DNA from: Chara braunii
Taxonomy: Eukaryota > Plantae > Charophyceae
Assembly: GCA_003427395.1 (NCBI GenBank)
Contig: BFEA01000008.1
Coordinates: forward strand, 5,786,757-5,833,002
DNA: 46,246 bases
Reading direction: 5' to 3'
The position numbers were made by a program, and so were the translations under genes. The notes beneath the pieces are model-generated. The model was not told the origin of the DNA, did no database searches, and saw nothing but the letters and a program-made list of their open reading frames with translations. How positions within the stretch are numbered: the first letter of the stretch is position 1; each line of letters starts with the position of its first letter. Positions 24,301 to 35,740 of this stretch are shown piece by piece.

Positions 24301-25949
24301 TGGGTCTATAATTCCTTATGTTCGTTTTATCTCCTTTTTTGTATAACAAGGTTAAAATCTCTTGCCCAACTATTTCCCCCATGCTTCCCATCTCCTGGAC
24401 TTGGTTGTAGAATTTCATCAAATCGTCTGCAAAATATGGCCACATTGTTTCCTAGAATTTTTTAGGGAGACCGTCGAAACCCGGAGTTTTATCTTATTTC
24501 ATCTGCATTAACGCAGTCCAGATTTCTTCCTTAGTGATAGGTTCTTCCAATCTTTCCTTTTGTCTTTGTGTTAATTCCTGAAAGATTTTTGAAGAAGTCA
24601 TATGCCACCTTCAGACTACTGGCTGAAGTGGTAGTTTCTTGCTATGATATCTGTTGTGGATCCTTTAAAGCTTCAATAGACGTTCTTCTAGCTCTGGTGC
24701 GAGCCAAAGAAAAGAAAAATGTTTTCATTTGACCTTCTATCGAATGTTTGAAGAGTTTTCCTCTGATGAGTTGACCTTGCCAACGATGTCGCGCAAAGGT
24801 TAGTAGTTGATTTCTGAATGTTAGAATATCAACTGGTTGAGATACTTGTTGTGGACAGTCTTCTTGCTCATTTTTAAGAATTTTCTCCTGAATTTTCATT
24901 TTCTGCTTATATCTTTCTTTGGCAATTAACTTAGAATATTCATTGCATTTTTTAGCTAAATAAACTAACCCATTACTGAACCATGCTATATATGATTCAT
25001 GTCTTTCTTTGGTAGAATGCCAGAAGCTCCATACATCCTGAAGAAACGTTTTGAAATCCTTTCGTTTGAGAAGGGAGGTGTTGAGTTTGTAGAAACCTCT
25101 GCCTTGATCTGGTTTCTTACGAAAGGACAGTAAAACTGCACACATTTTATGATCTATTCTTTTCCATGGGCTTAAGGAAAAAATATTAACGTCCGTTAAA
25201 ACACAGTTTAAGTCTTCAGATATAAGAATAAGATCTATGCTTGATCTTGATTGGTGAGTAGAGCCATCATTTCTAATGCACGTATATGTCCTCTCCTGTG
25301 GGCAAAACCGCCTATATGTATCAAACAAATTTTCTGATTCACAAAGATGTTGAATAATTTGCTCCTCCTCCTCTATATATGTAGGAGATGGAGAAGGGAT
25401 TCTCCATCTGTCCAACCATCTGTCTGGTGCAACATTAAATTCGCCTGCTATGATGATTGAAACACCCTTAGGAATATGGTTTCTAATACTTTGAAAGAAT
25501 TCTTTACGTTTCTGTAATACATTAGGCCCATAAATATTTAGGACACAAATTATTTTCAATTCAAACATTACTAACGTGACCAGCCATCGACCCTGTTCTT
25601 GATCAGCTTTGCAGTATACAATTTCTATCCTAGAATCCGGTGGTACCCAAATAGCCACCCCTGCCGACCCATTGGTTGTGGAATAAGCTTGGTATTTCTG
25701 AGGGAGCCAAGCTAAATTGTGCATTCTATTGTGTTTCGGGGAGTTTAAGAGATGTGTTTCCTGGATACAAATTAGGTCAGGTCAACACCTCCCACCCACT
25801 CCTTTCAATTGTTCCATAATGGTCTTACGTTTCATAGCATCTGTTGTGGCCAGACCATTAACATTGAGGGATCTTAGGTCCAGATCTGCATTTTGAGTAG
25901 CACGCAACCATCCCGGATTTTTACCATAAAGGGTCTGTAGTGCTTCCAT
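21320..25949 (-). pseudogene. LINE-C ORF2 (APE endonuclease - RT - CCHC), disrupted
   Basis: Start MEALQTLYGKNPGW...LNVNGL (ATG at 25949). EN motifs: IQETH, NIYGPN, IAGEFN, SSIDL, IDH. RT motifs: YKKGDKTNIRNYRPITLL, QTGF, DFEKVYD, QGDPLAP, MFADD. Also KGGLG and CCTC...ETIEHIFLQC. Confidence 0.92.
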
Positions 25950-25984
25950 CCCTATTGTCTCTCAGGTCTCTATTGTCTAATCAC

Positions 25985-28900
25985 CTATAGTCTTACCCAG
26001 TTACCTCCCTCCAAATTAGAAGAGGCTGTCAGTATCCCACATCGTAATATAGAACAAAGAAAGGCAGAGACCTCTCCTATCGACCATACCGCATTTGCCT
26101 TGATTTTCAAGTGTTGTAGATCCAACAATGTTGTATGCGAGAACCATCTAAGACCTGCTTCTTTGCTATCATCAAATCTTACAAAGGTATCACGTTTTGC
26201 CATCTTAGCCTGGTCCTTGATTTCTGTGAGAGTCGCCTGAGGGCCTGGGTCAAAGTGTTTGGACAGAAAATCGTGTAGATCCCTCTTGAAGGTCCTGTCA
26301 TTAGAATTTTGGTAATCCACATATTTGGTCCATCCTCTCAAAGTGACCCCCCTATATCGATCCTGGTCTATAGGAGATAGTCAAATTTCTCATTTCCCAC
26401 CTTTTTTTCGAACCGGTATTACCAAATTCCCTCTAGAAGACTGTGGCTTGATGGCTTGTCCTTTTTCCAGAACATGCCTTAGTTTTTGCCTTTTACCCAT
26501 ATCTTGTGTCTTTTTTCCACTCATTTGTTCTTCCTGAGTAATAGTTGTTGATAAAGTTTCTTCTTTCGTTATCTGCTTTTCCTGAGAAGAGACCATTTTT
26601 ATTTCCTCTACCCTCACCCCCCCTTCTCCTTCAAAAGAGGTTCCTCCAGACTTATGAGCGGTGACCTGATTGGGGTTTTTTTCTCCTTTATTAGCTTCGT
26701 TGTTGTGTAGTATTGAAGGAACGCCCACAAACCCTTTCCTTGTTTCTACCAGTGATGTACATTCCTATCCCCTAATATTACTGTCTTGTGGAGGTGAGGG
26801 CGGGTGAAACAGCCCCATCACAATTTTCATAATACGTGTACTTATCGTAGACCATATTGCCCCTTCAAGAAGTCCTTGCTGTAATACTAATCTCAAACTT
26901 TGACTGCTGGCTAACAAATTAACCAAATGAACATATGAATTATCCCAGAATTCTACAGTGGCTTCCCCAAATCTCATTTTCAAATTTTTCAACACCCATT
27001 CAGCTAGCTGTTTTATCCTTTGATCCTCGCCCATATCTGGCTCATTTTGAGAGGGAGCATCCTCCTTTTCAAAATCACCTTGAGAGGAGTCTACATCCAT
27101 TGGTTCAAGACCGAACGCCTTTTGAAGTGGATCAGCATTCGTTGCCTCCGTACCTTTCTCTATTAGCTCTGAACTTCCTTCGTCCACTACTTGTAGTTCC
27201 TCTGTCAGATCTTCTGCACTATCATTTCCCCCAGTCATCTTTTGGTTAGACTGAGATGCATCAGATTGGACCTCCATAATAAGAGAATCTTTATCACCGG
27301 GGGGAGCCGCCTCTTTGTTTGGACTAGTTAGCTGTTTTTTTTATTTTATTTTTTTTCTCTTTTTCTGTTGCACCAGTCCCTCGTCTGAACCCTCTTCTAT
27401 CACTTCTTCCACCTCCTCAGACTCTAAGTTTGATTCTTCCCCCGTGGGCTGAGCTATTTCCCCCCCCTTTTCATCTAATTGCAAGTAGTCTACCGGTTGT
27501 GGACCTGGGAGAGCACCCCCTTTCTTGTGACTGACCGGTATCCATTGTTGATGACTCATTTGCCCCTTGCGTTTAGCAGAGTTGTTAGGGACTTCCTTTC
27601 CTGTGGACGAAGATTCCTCTGTACTGTCATGTTTTGCTGATTGTGCCGGGTGAGGTGTTTTTGTTGACTGAATTGCCAATGTTGGAGTTTTATCATTTAC
27701 CTCCGGGGGTACCCAGGAATCAGGGGGTTTTGTGTCCCAATTTGGATCCCCCTCCCATTCCCATGTCCAACCTTTTGATAATTCCCCCTTCTTGGCATTC
27801 TCCACATAGACCCACCCTTCATGTCCCGCATCTACCGTTCTCCATAGATTAATTTTGAAAGGGTCCCGAATGAGTCTCCCTGTTGCCCGGTTTCTTCTTC
27901 CGGGATCCTGAGAACAATTAGGATCTGTGCTCAAGTGACCGTAGGCTCTACATCTGAAGCACCACGGTCTGAGTTTGTAAGCTGTGTGAATTCTGTACTC
28001 TCTACCCTCTACTCTGTAAGGTACGACATCGTCCAAATTGAAGGGCACATTAGCCGGATGATTGAGGGTTAACATCAGATGGTCATCCCTTCTGGCTACA
28101 TACGCAGGAAGAGGGTTAATGAAGTCAATTATAGCGTGGTTGACCCCGAAGTCATGGATGAATGCCACTTGGATTTCTATGGGGATGTGTCTAAATTCCA
28201 CCCAATAGAAATTTTCCATCATCTGATTTCTTTTTTCATCTGGCCCTTGTTTAGGCGGCGACCAAGGATAAATTCTAACCTTTGATCAATCACACCTTAA
28301 TTTCTTCCAGGCTTCGATCGTCTTTTTACTAGTCGTGTGTAAACACAGGATTGTGAACATGGTTGCTAAAACTAGCAAGATAAGAAAGTCTTCACAAACT
28401 GTCTCATAACTTCCTTTAAATGCTGCTAACCTTTTACATATCCACTTAATTTTATCATTAGTGGATTTATATGCAGCGTTGTCATGAAAGACCCTGTTAT
28501 TTGCATGTGCTGTATAAACTGTCTCTTTCTGCCAATTTCTGAGATGGGTAAGTTTTTATCATTGTTTTTTTTTCGACTAATTCTATCACCCGGTTTTCAG
28601 AAGGAATAATAAATTTAGATAGAAAGAAAGCCTTAGCCGAGGACAAATTTCTCATTGGTATCTTCAACGCCGCAGACTGATCTCCCTGCCTTTGCACCTC
28701 CAATTCTTTAGATTGGAAAGACCCTTTGACGCATTGTAACCACGAGGGAGAAGTCGTGAGTGATTGCGACGATTGACCTTCGTTGATCTGTTTCATTCCT
28801 AGTAAGGGCGGCCACTCAGACACTGCCTCCCCCTGCCTGTCTCTCCCTCCATCCATACTGCCACTTCCCCCCCCCGAACCTCCTTTCTCTCTTCCTGTTT

Positions 28901-29444
28901 CTTCCTTTTCCGACCCTCTTTCTTCCCCTCTATCCTTCCATCTTTTTTTCTCGCATCCTTTAACAGCTTCCTGCCTCGCCTCCCTCTCCTTTCTTATTCC
29001 TTCCTCCCTTTTTTCCCACAATCCTTGTGATATCCTCTGAATGGATCCCGTTTTAATGATCATTCCTCCCTTACCGGTCTGATTTTGTCTCAATAGCTGC
29101 CCCTGTCCTCCTGTCGTGAAAGTGTGCTGGTGTCCCCTCGTCAGAGTATCACCAACTGCTATAAACAAATCTTGCTTCCTTGATACCTTCTCCTTTTTTA
29201 TTGAAATTTCTCCCCCTAGTGCCAAATCCATCTGATTTTCCTGATTGTTCTGTTGAAACAGAGGATTGATCATCATTATTTCTTCTTGTGCATTGTTGTG
29301 AGTTTGAGTGGAAGGCATATTACTGGTCTGTGATATCTTGTTCCCCAACAGTTCTGATTTCTTCCCCACGTTGAGACTATCCTTCCATTCTATCCTTTCC
29401 TTTGAGGTGCGTACTTCCCCCTCCATTGATGACGAGATTCCCAT
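25985..29444 (-). pseudogene. LINE-C ORF1 (long, gag-like, with zinc knuckle), disrupted
   Basis: Consecutive minus-strand ORFs 29444-28497, 28222-27341, 27277-26765, 26728-26390 and 26341-25985. WVEFRHIP is followed by the knuckle CFRCRAYGHLSTDPNC, as in L1/Tx1 ORF1. Confidence 0.8.
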
Positions 29445-29877
29445 TATTTTTTAATGACATTTTTCTTATTCTTGACGAGCCGCCAACACCATTTTTACAG
29501 GGGTATGAAGCTGACGTGTTAAACCTTGTCGCACTGCCCCTCTGATGATCAGCGTTGACTCTACCAACCTGTGGCTACGTTGATGGTGAATGACTTTCGG
29601 CATTGTGATCAGTAGAAAGCTACACTACAAATTAATTTTCCCCGTATATCACACTTACTTGTCCAGCCTAACTTACTGAATTGTGAATGCTAATATTTTC
29701 CTCGCTTTTAGTGAATAAAAAATTTTAATATTAAATTCTTTGTTTCCTACTTTTAATGAAATGAGATTATTATCCCTCCCATCAATATTTCACAAAGGAC
29801 TGGCTGTGTATGCAATAAGCAGAGGATCTGGGATCAAAGCTGGTCAGGTGGAGAGAATAGGGGGAAGAGGGAACATC

Positions 29878-30012
29878 ACCACAATCAAATCCAGTGTTGC
29901 TCCTCGCCTTACTCCTTGCTGAAGTTGTGATTGATGATGCTTATCTCCACAATCAAATCCCGCGTTGCTCCTCGCCTTACTCCTTGCTGGAGTTGTTACT
30001 GATGATGCTTCT
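29878..30012. repeat. 68-bp tandem duplication in the LINE-C 5' UTR
   Basis: CCACAATCAAATCC.G.GTTGCTCCTCGCCTTACTCCTTGCTG occurs twice. Confidence 0.85.
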
Positions 30013-30677
30013 CCCTCCCTTCCTCATGAAATCTTCATGAAGTTCTTCCTCATGATGCTCCAAATTCTCCTCCTTAAGATTCTTCCCCCCTCCTCTCCAC
30101 CTACCCCACTCCCACCTCCCTTCCACCTATTCCACTTTCTCCCTTTACTACTCCCTCCTTCCTTTCACCTACTCCACTTTCTCCCTTTACCACTCTACCT
30201 CCTTTCCACCTACTAACCCATACATTGAAATGCGTCGAAAATTTTATGAAAATAACTCAGAAAATAGCGCGGTGTGATTGTTCTGAATGTCTCAAAACCA
30301 AGATGCAAGATCACAAAACACCCCCGATAATCATGTAGCAGAGAGAGAGCGTATTGCACCAGCTATCGTACTCGTTATTCTTCAAAACAGCCCAAATATC
30401 CAAGGTTGCAAGATGCAAGATGCAAGATAACAAAATAGCCCAGATAGTCATTTATCAAGCATAGATCGCGATGCACCAAGATTCCATCCAAAAAGGTGCA
30501 ATGTCACCTTCCAGTAGAGGTGATTCAGCGGCCTGCACACCCCAATCACAACTCGTCAAAAGTTCCCTCAGAAAAATCCACCCTGGCAGTCATACCAACT
30601 TCACACATTCCCTTATCTTCGAATAGCCCTGCTATCCATGTAGCATAGCATACAGAGAGCGCAATGTGTCATCCTCT

Positions 30678-31040
30678 TTCGTGTGAAGTAGCGTACGTGC
30701 GGCGCCACAAGCGTCGAAGATGGCGCAAAAGATACTGCAGATTGAATGTTGTTCCGTGTGAAGTAGCGCTCGTGCGTCGCGACCAGCGCCGAAGATGGGG
30801 CAGAAAATATTGCAGATTGAATGTTGTCGTCGTCTCGTATCCAAGTTGTAAGATCAGGAATTAACCCAGATAAGTCTGCGCACTCCCACTCATTCACATT
30901 CGTACGTCGTAATGCCTCATTCTCTTCCGTGTGAAGTAGCGTACGTGCGCCACAACAAGCGCCGAAAATGCCGCGAAAATTTTTGCGGATTGAGTGTTGT
31001 CGTCATCTCATATCCAAGTTGTGAAATCAGAATTAACCCA
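30678..31040. repeat. Three copies of a ~75-bp unit in the LINE-C 5' UTR
   Basis: CGTGTGAAGTAGCG..CGTGCG...CGAA.ATG...TGC.GATTGA.TGTTGT occurs at ~30680, 30755 and 30928. Confidence 0.8.
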
Positions 31041-31287
31041 AGTAGACATATAGCAGGCAATGATCACAATGCAACAAGGTTCCATCTTAATAGGAGCGGT
31101 CTGCACACCCCCAAACACAACCCATTCACACGCGTTCGGGAAGATCCGCACAGACGCTTATATAAGCTAGCTCCCTCATACCCATTATCTTCGAATAATT
31201 CCTGTGTACTAGCGCATTCGTATTTCTCGTTCCAATGTTGTGAGTTATCGCAAAAATGTAGACATAGATGCGTCCCTTCTTCTATCG

Positions 31288-32110
31288 ACCTTATCCACGC
31301 TATTCACCCTGTTAATACTCTCTCCCATTACGCCTCTCCTTGAGTAGACAAAGCTTGAGTACACATTGCACTCTCTCCCGCCTCTCCACCAGCTCCTCTC
31401 TCTCCAATGAAGGATACAGAAGGTACCTCGAGCACCCCGTGCCTGACAAGGCTGATCACGGTAAAAGGCGCCACTAGATGAGATTCTTTTTCCTTAAACG
31501 AAGACCAATTACAGGAGAGTATCTTTCTTACTCGAATGCCACGTGTCCTCCTGTACTGTTCGTACTTACTAGGATGATCCAGCGTACGGCGCGCACCTAC
31601 CCACAACGCATTCACCCGCACTCGGAAAAATTCAACGCGGGCACTCGCATGAGTTATTGTGCGCCTCCAACAAACAAACAAACAAAGTACCAACCAGCCT
31701 TCACTCCATTGCAATCTTCTGATGTGTTTGAAGATTAAATTGAACCTTATCCACGCTATTCACCCTGTTAATACTCCTTCCAATTACGCCTCTCCTGGAG
31801 TAGACAAAGCTTGAGTACACATTGCACTCTCTCCCGCCTCTCCACCAGCTCCTCTCTCTCCAATGAAGGATAGAGAAGGTACCTCAAACACCCCGTGCAT
31901 GACGAGGCTGATCACGGTAAAAGGCGCCACCAGATGAGATTCTTTTTCCTTGAACGAAGACCAATTACAGGAGAGTGTCTTTCTTACTCGAATGCCATGT
32001 GTCCTCCTGTACTGTTCGTGCTACTAGGATGATCCAGCGTACGGCGCGCACCCACCCACAACGCATTCACACGCGCTCGGAAAAACCTACGCGGGCGCTC
32101 GTATGAGTTA
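31288..32110. repeat. 456-bp tandem monomers at the 5' end of LINE-C
   Basis: ACCTTATCCACGCTATTCACCCTGTTAATACTC... begins at 31288 and 31744, with high identity over ~370 bp. Confidence 0.92.
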
Positions 32111-32165
32111 GTGCACGTGCGCCGAAAATAACGCAGATCGCGCATGGACACTGGCAGGGTGTTGA

Positions 32166-34588
32166 GCCTGGGCCTAGATAGCTCAACCCCGGAGCAGAGG
32201 TGGGCTGGCAATCATCGACCCTGAGGATCAAATTAAAGCCTTGATCTTTAAGGTCATTGCGAGATTGTTAATGGCAGAGGACATTCCATGGGCTCCACTG
32301 GCACACGTCCAATTAGCCAGTCTTGCTCCGCCGTCGCCAAATGATAAACTAGTGCACCCCCTTGCGTGGCTCACAAGTCCGGCGTGGTCAATCCCCAAAA
32401 CCCTGAAAATGATCGACGACAATCCTAATTCTACATTGGCGGCCACAAAAGCAGATTTGTCAAATGACCCACTATGGACCTCCTTGATAGCCTTATGGCG
32501 AGACATAGGCCCACAAAAGAAACCCCCACCCCCGAGGTTGCATGCGATTTGGAGACAGCCCTGCTTCGGGAACCCCCACCTACTAAATCTCCATGGACAA
32601 CCCCTTTCCCTAAAACAAAGCTCCCACTGGCAATCATGGGTAAGGAAGGGAATCTTCACCATCGGAGACCTCTGGGACTACAGAGCAAGGGCATGAAAAA
32701 CTACAGAACAACTACGGTCGCAACTCACAAACATCAAAGACCTGGAAGCCAAACTACAGCATATCCATGAGGCCATCCCATTGGCACGGCTACGAGTTCT
32801 GAAACGCGGCCCTAGCCTCAGTAAAGGGATTGGGTGGTAACAGCAACACCGCGCCCTCTTCGTATGATGGTCTATAGGGTTCACAAATGTGAAGCAACCC
32901 AAGTACAATTGCAAGCCTTCATGCCAGCATTACCTGGGGCAAGATTTACTCACCTCACAAGAGCCCCGACCCTGGATGATGAACTACCGTGGACAGGCCT
33001 CATTCGGATAAGAGTTGTGGGGGATGAGAAGGAGGGTTGGCGGCCGTACGAACCAGCAACCCCCATTTCCCAGCTCCCCTTCGACCCCGCAGAATGGCAA
33101 TGGGGAGGGGGCAAGTCACTCCCGCTGTGGAAATACATTGTCAAGGCCTGTTATAGAAAAAATTCACAAAACAGTGGATTCCACAGCCATTATAAAAAAC
33201 AGATGGCAGCGGGATACTGACCTGCAAGAATCGGACCCACAACTGTTCAATTGGTCTCATTACACATGGTTAATGCCAACATCACAAAGGGCACTTCAAA
33301 GGCAGATAGTCTACCGGTATCTGCCAACGCCGGATTGGGTGTTATCCCGATCACAGTTGGAACAACGGGGGGAACTCTCACCTATTTGTTCCTACGGTGG
33401 TTCATCTTCTTAACCGCAAACTGCCGATCTTGAACACTGCCTGCTTTACTGCCCGATGGCACACCAGATATGGGAGTGCGGCCTGACACCATCTCACAGG
33501 CACTGATCTCACATGGGACCCGACCTCCATTCTGCTGGGCCACCTACCCCCGCCCCCCCCCACGATGACCCCGTTCCAGCTCAACCTTTTCAAATACACT
33601 CGGCTGGAAGTTCTTATGGTCACCGTGGTATGGAGAGCACGATGTTCCCATGAACGAAAAGAACATACCTTTGGATTTCCCCAGGCGAGACAACACATTA
33701 TTGACACCATAAGGGCAAACATCCACAAAGCTTCGACCCATACAAAGGAAGTGTTAAGCACATTGACAGATCAGTCACAGAAACAGGAACACCTAGCTTC
33801 CTTCCAAGAAACTTGGCTAGACCCACAAATGAAACTTGGTGAAATACAAGACTCACTCCAACTCATATGGAAACCATGGTGGTATGATGAGGCCCGATGG
33901 CACAGACGACCTCTGGCGTTCTACACCCAGCCCCGCCAAGGCCAGCCAGTTACAGCCGTCCCGGCTGCCAATGGCCACTCCTTCAATCTGTCAAACTTAG
34001 CCCGGCCTGCAAATGCCACCGCAAGCGGGCATGGTGATGGTGACGCACCATCGGCAGCTCTTCGCTACCCTCATAACTCAGCTCCCCCCCTCCCGACCTC
34101 ACCGCCACCTTCCGTCCCCGTCCCTTCCCCCCTGTCTANNNNNNNNNNNNNNNNNNNNNNNNNNNNNNNNNNNNNNNNNNNNNNNNNNNNNNNNNNNNNN
34201 NNNNNNNNNNNNNNNNNNNNNNNNNNNNNNNNNNNNNNNNNNNNNNNNNNNNNNNNNNNNNNNNNNNNNNNNNNNNNNNNNNNNNNNNNNNNNNNNNNNN
34301 NNNNNNNNNNNNNNNNNNNNNNNNNNNNNNNNNNNNNNNNNNNNNNNNNNNNNNNNNNNNNNNNNNNNNNNNNNNNNNNNNNNNNNNNNNNNNNNNNNNN
34401 NNNNNNNNNNNNNNNNNNNNNNNNNNNNNNNNNNNNNNNNNNNNNNNNNNNNNNNNNNNNNNNNNNNNNNNNNNNNNNNNNNNNNNNNNNNNNNNNNNNN
34501 NNNNNNNNNNNNNNNNNNNNNNNNNNNNNNNNNNNNNNNNNNNNNNNNNNNNNNNNNNNNNNNNNNNNNNNNNNNNNNNNNNNNNNNN

Positions 34589-34629
<41 letters not shown>
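32166..34629 (+). mobile_element. LINE-B, 3' part (post-RT region, degenerate CCHC, 3' UTR in a gap, poly(A))
   Basis: GGLAIIDP, QPCFGNP, LPFDPAEW and QIVYRYLPTPDW are collinear with LINE-A 13620-15400. A41 tail at 34589-34629, after an N gap. Confidence 0.88.
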
Positions 34630-34633
<4 letters not shown>

Positions 34634-35444
34634 TGACCACCTGCCATCAAAACCTATCCCTAGTGAAAAGCGTTCTCATCATCCACCACCACAAGCAATC
34701 ATTAAACACTCCAAAAAACATATCAGACACATGAAATCCCTAAACACCCTACCTCCCACCTGGGGGGCAATCAACTCCCCATGTTGATTGAAACTGAGGG
34801 CCGGACAATTCCAATCAACGAAGGGGACATCGACTATCCTACACCCATTCGCTGCCAGACATCGAGGAGCGCTTCAACAGTGAAATAGAAGGGAGGGGGG
34901 GAAATAAAAGGTTTTTCTAGAAATGAAAGGGCATTTCAAGCTCTAAACTACTAGCAGTGTATCTCCCTATGTTCTACCAGGGGATTCATGCTCATGTTGC
35001 GCATTTGGTCAGTAGTGGAGCAAGGCCCTCGATCTCCAAAGCTCTCGGGGCAAAGGTAGGTGCGTTTTTTCTTCTTTTTTTTTCCAAAACTCAATGAGTT
35101 TTTTTTTTCTTTTCTTTTCTTAGTAAGCCCTGCCAACGAGGTGCGGCAGTCCGTTCTAGATTTCGTTACTTGGGCGTAGTAAACAGCAGAATGCTTCGAT
35201 ACTGTATTTCTGGGAAGATGCACCAGAAGAGAAAAAAAAACAAAAGCGGAAACGACCCCCTGCCCAAGACCCACCCCAGTTTGCAAGGGGAAAAAACTCT
35301 TATCCCTCGAAAGGGAAACAATGGACGGCGCCCTATACGAAATTGCAACGACCTTGACAAGATAACCTGCCCTACGACCGGTCTTAGGGACGATGGCGAC
35401 CGGACCCCATTTTCTGCTGTCGGAGACCCCAAACTAACCCGTCC

Positions 35445-35476
<32 letters not shown>

Positions 35477-35559
35477 GCCCAATGCCCAAGGCTGATATTA
35501 CCAGTAAGAAGATTGAGGCCGGGGTCCTCAGAGTCTACCCAGAGTGACCAAACCTAAAT

Positions 35560-35585
35560 TGCTGAGAACCGGGCTCAGCGTCCCG
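35560..35585 (-). ncRNA. Third copy of the 3'-UTR hairpin motif, with compensatory substitutions
   Basis: Minus strand reads CGGGAC-GCTGAG-CCCGGTT-CTCAGC-A, versus AGGGAC-GCTGGA-CCCGGTT-TCCAGC-A in LINE-C. Confidence 0.65.
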
Positions 35586-35740
35586 CATATGGTGATGATG
35601 ATGATGATAAGGATGATAATGATGATGATGATGATGATAATGATGATGATGATGGTGATGAGCTTCTGCTGATTCTATGTAAACTATGAGATAATCATAC
35701 TAATGATGATGATGCTAATGACGATGATGACTAGTATATA

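Larger units (their letters stand above)
21047..32165 (-). mobile_element. LINE-C: apparently full-length (11.1 kb) L1/Tx1-like element with a 14-bp TSD
   Basis: TSD GCCTGGGCCTAGAT at 21033-21046 and 32166-32179. A-rich tail (T-run on +) at 21047-21073. ORF1 and ORF2 on the minus strand. The LINE-B frame resumes after the TSD (IAQPRSRGGLAIIDP). Confidence 0.93.

Noticed and set aside
29543-29580. Other CTGATGA occurrences (e.g. 29543, 24763, 13023) as hammerheads
   Set aside because: None has a stem II followed by GAAA and a pairing NUH strand.
33565-34734. Long ORFs spanning N runs (also ~38.2-38.9 kb and ~42.2-42.7 kb)
   Set aside because: Their length is an artefact of translating assembly gaps.
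35361-35430. Resemblance to a twister ribozyme (UAAC-CUGCC...CCGGUC)
   Set aside because: The L4 loop is too long and no P1 closing helix can be formed.
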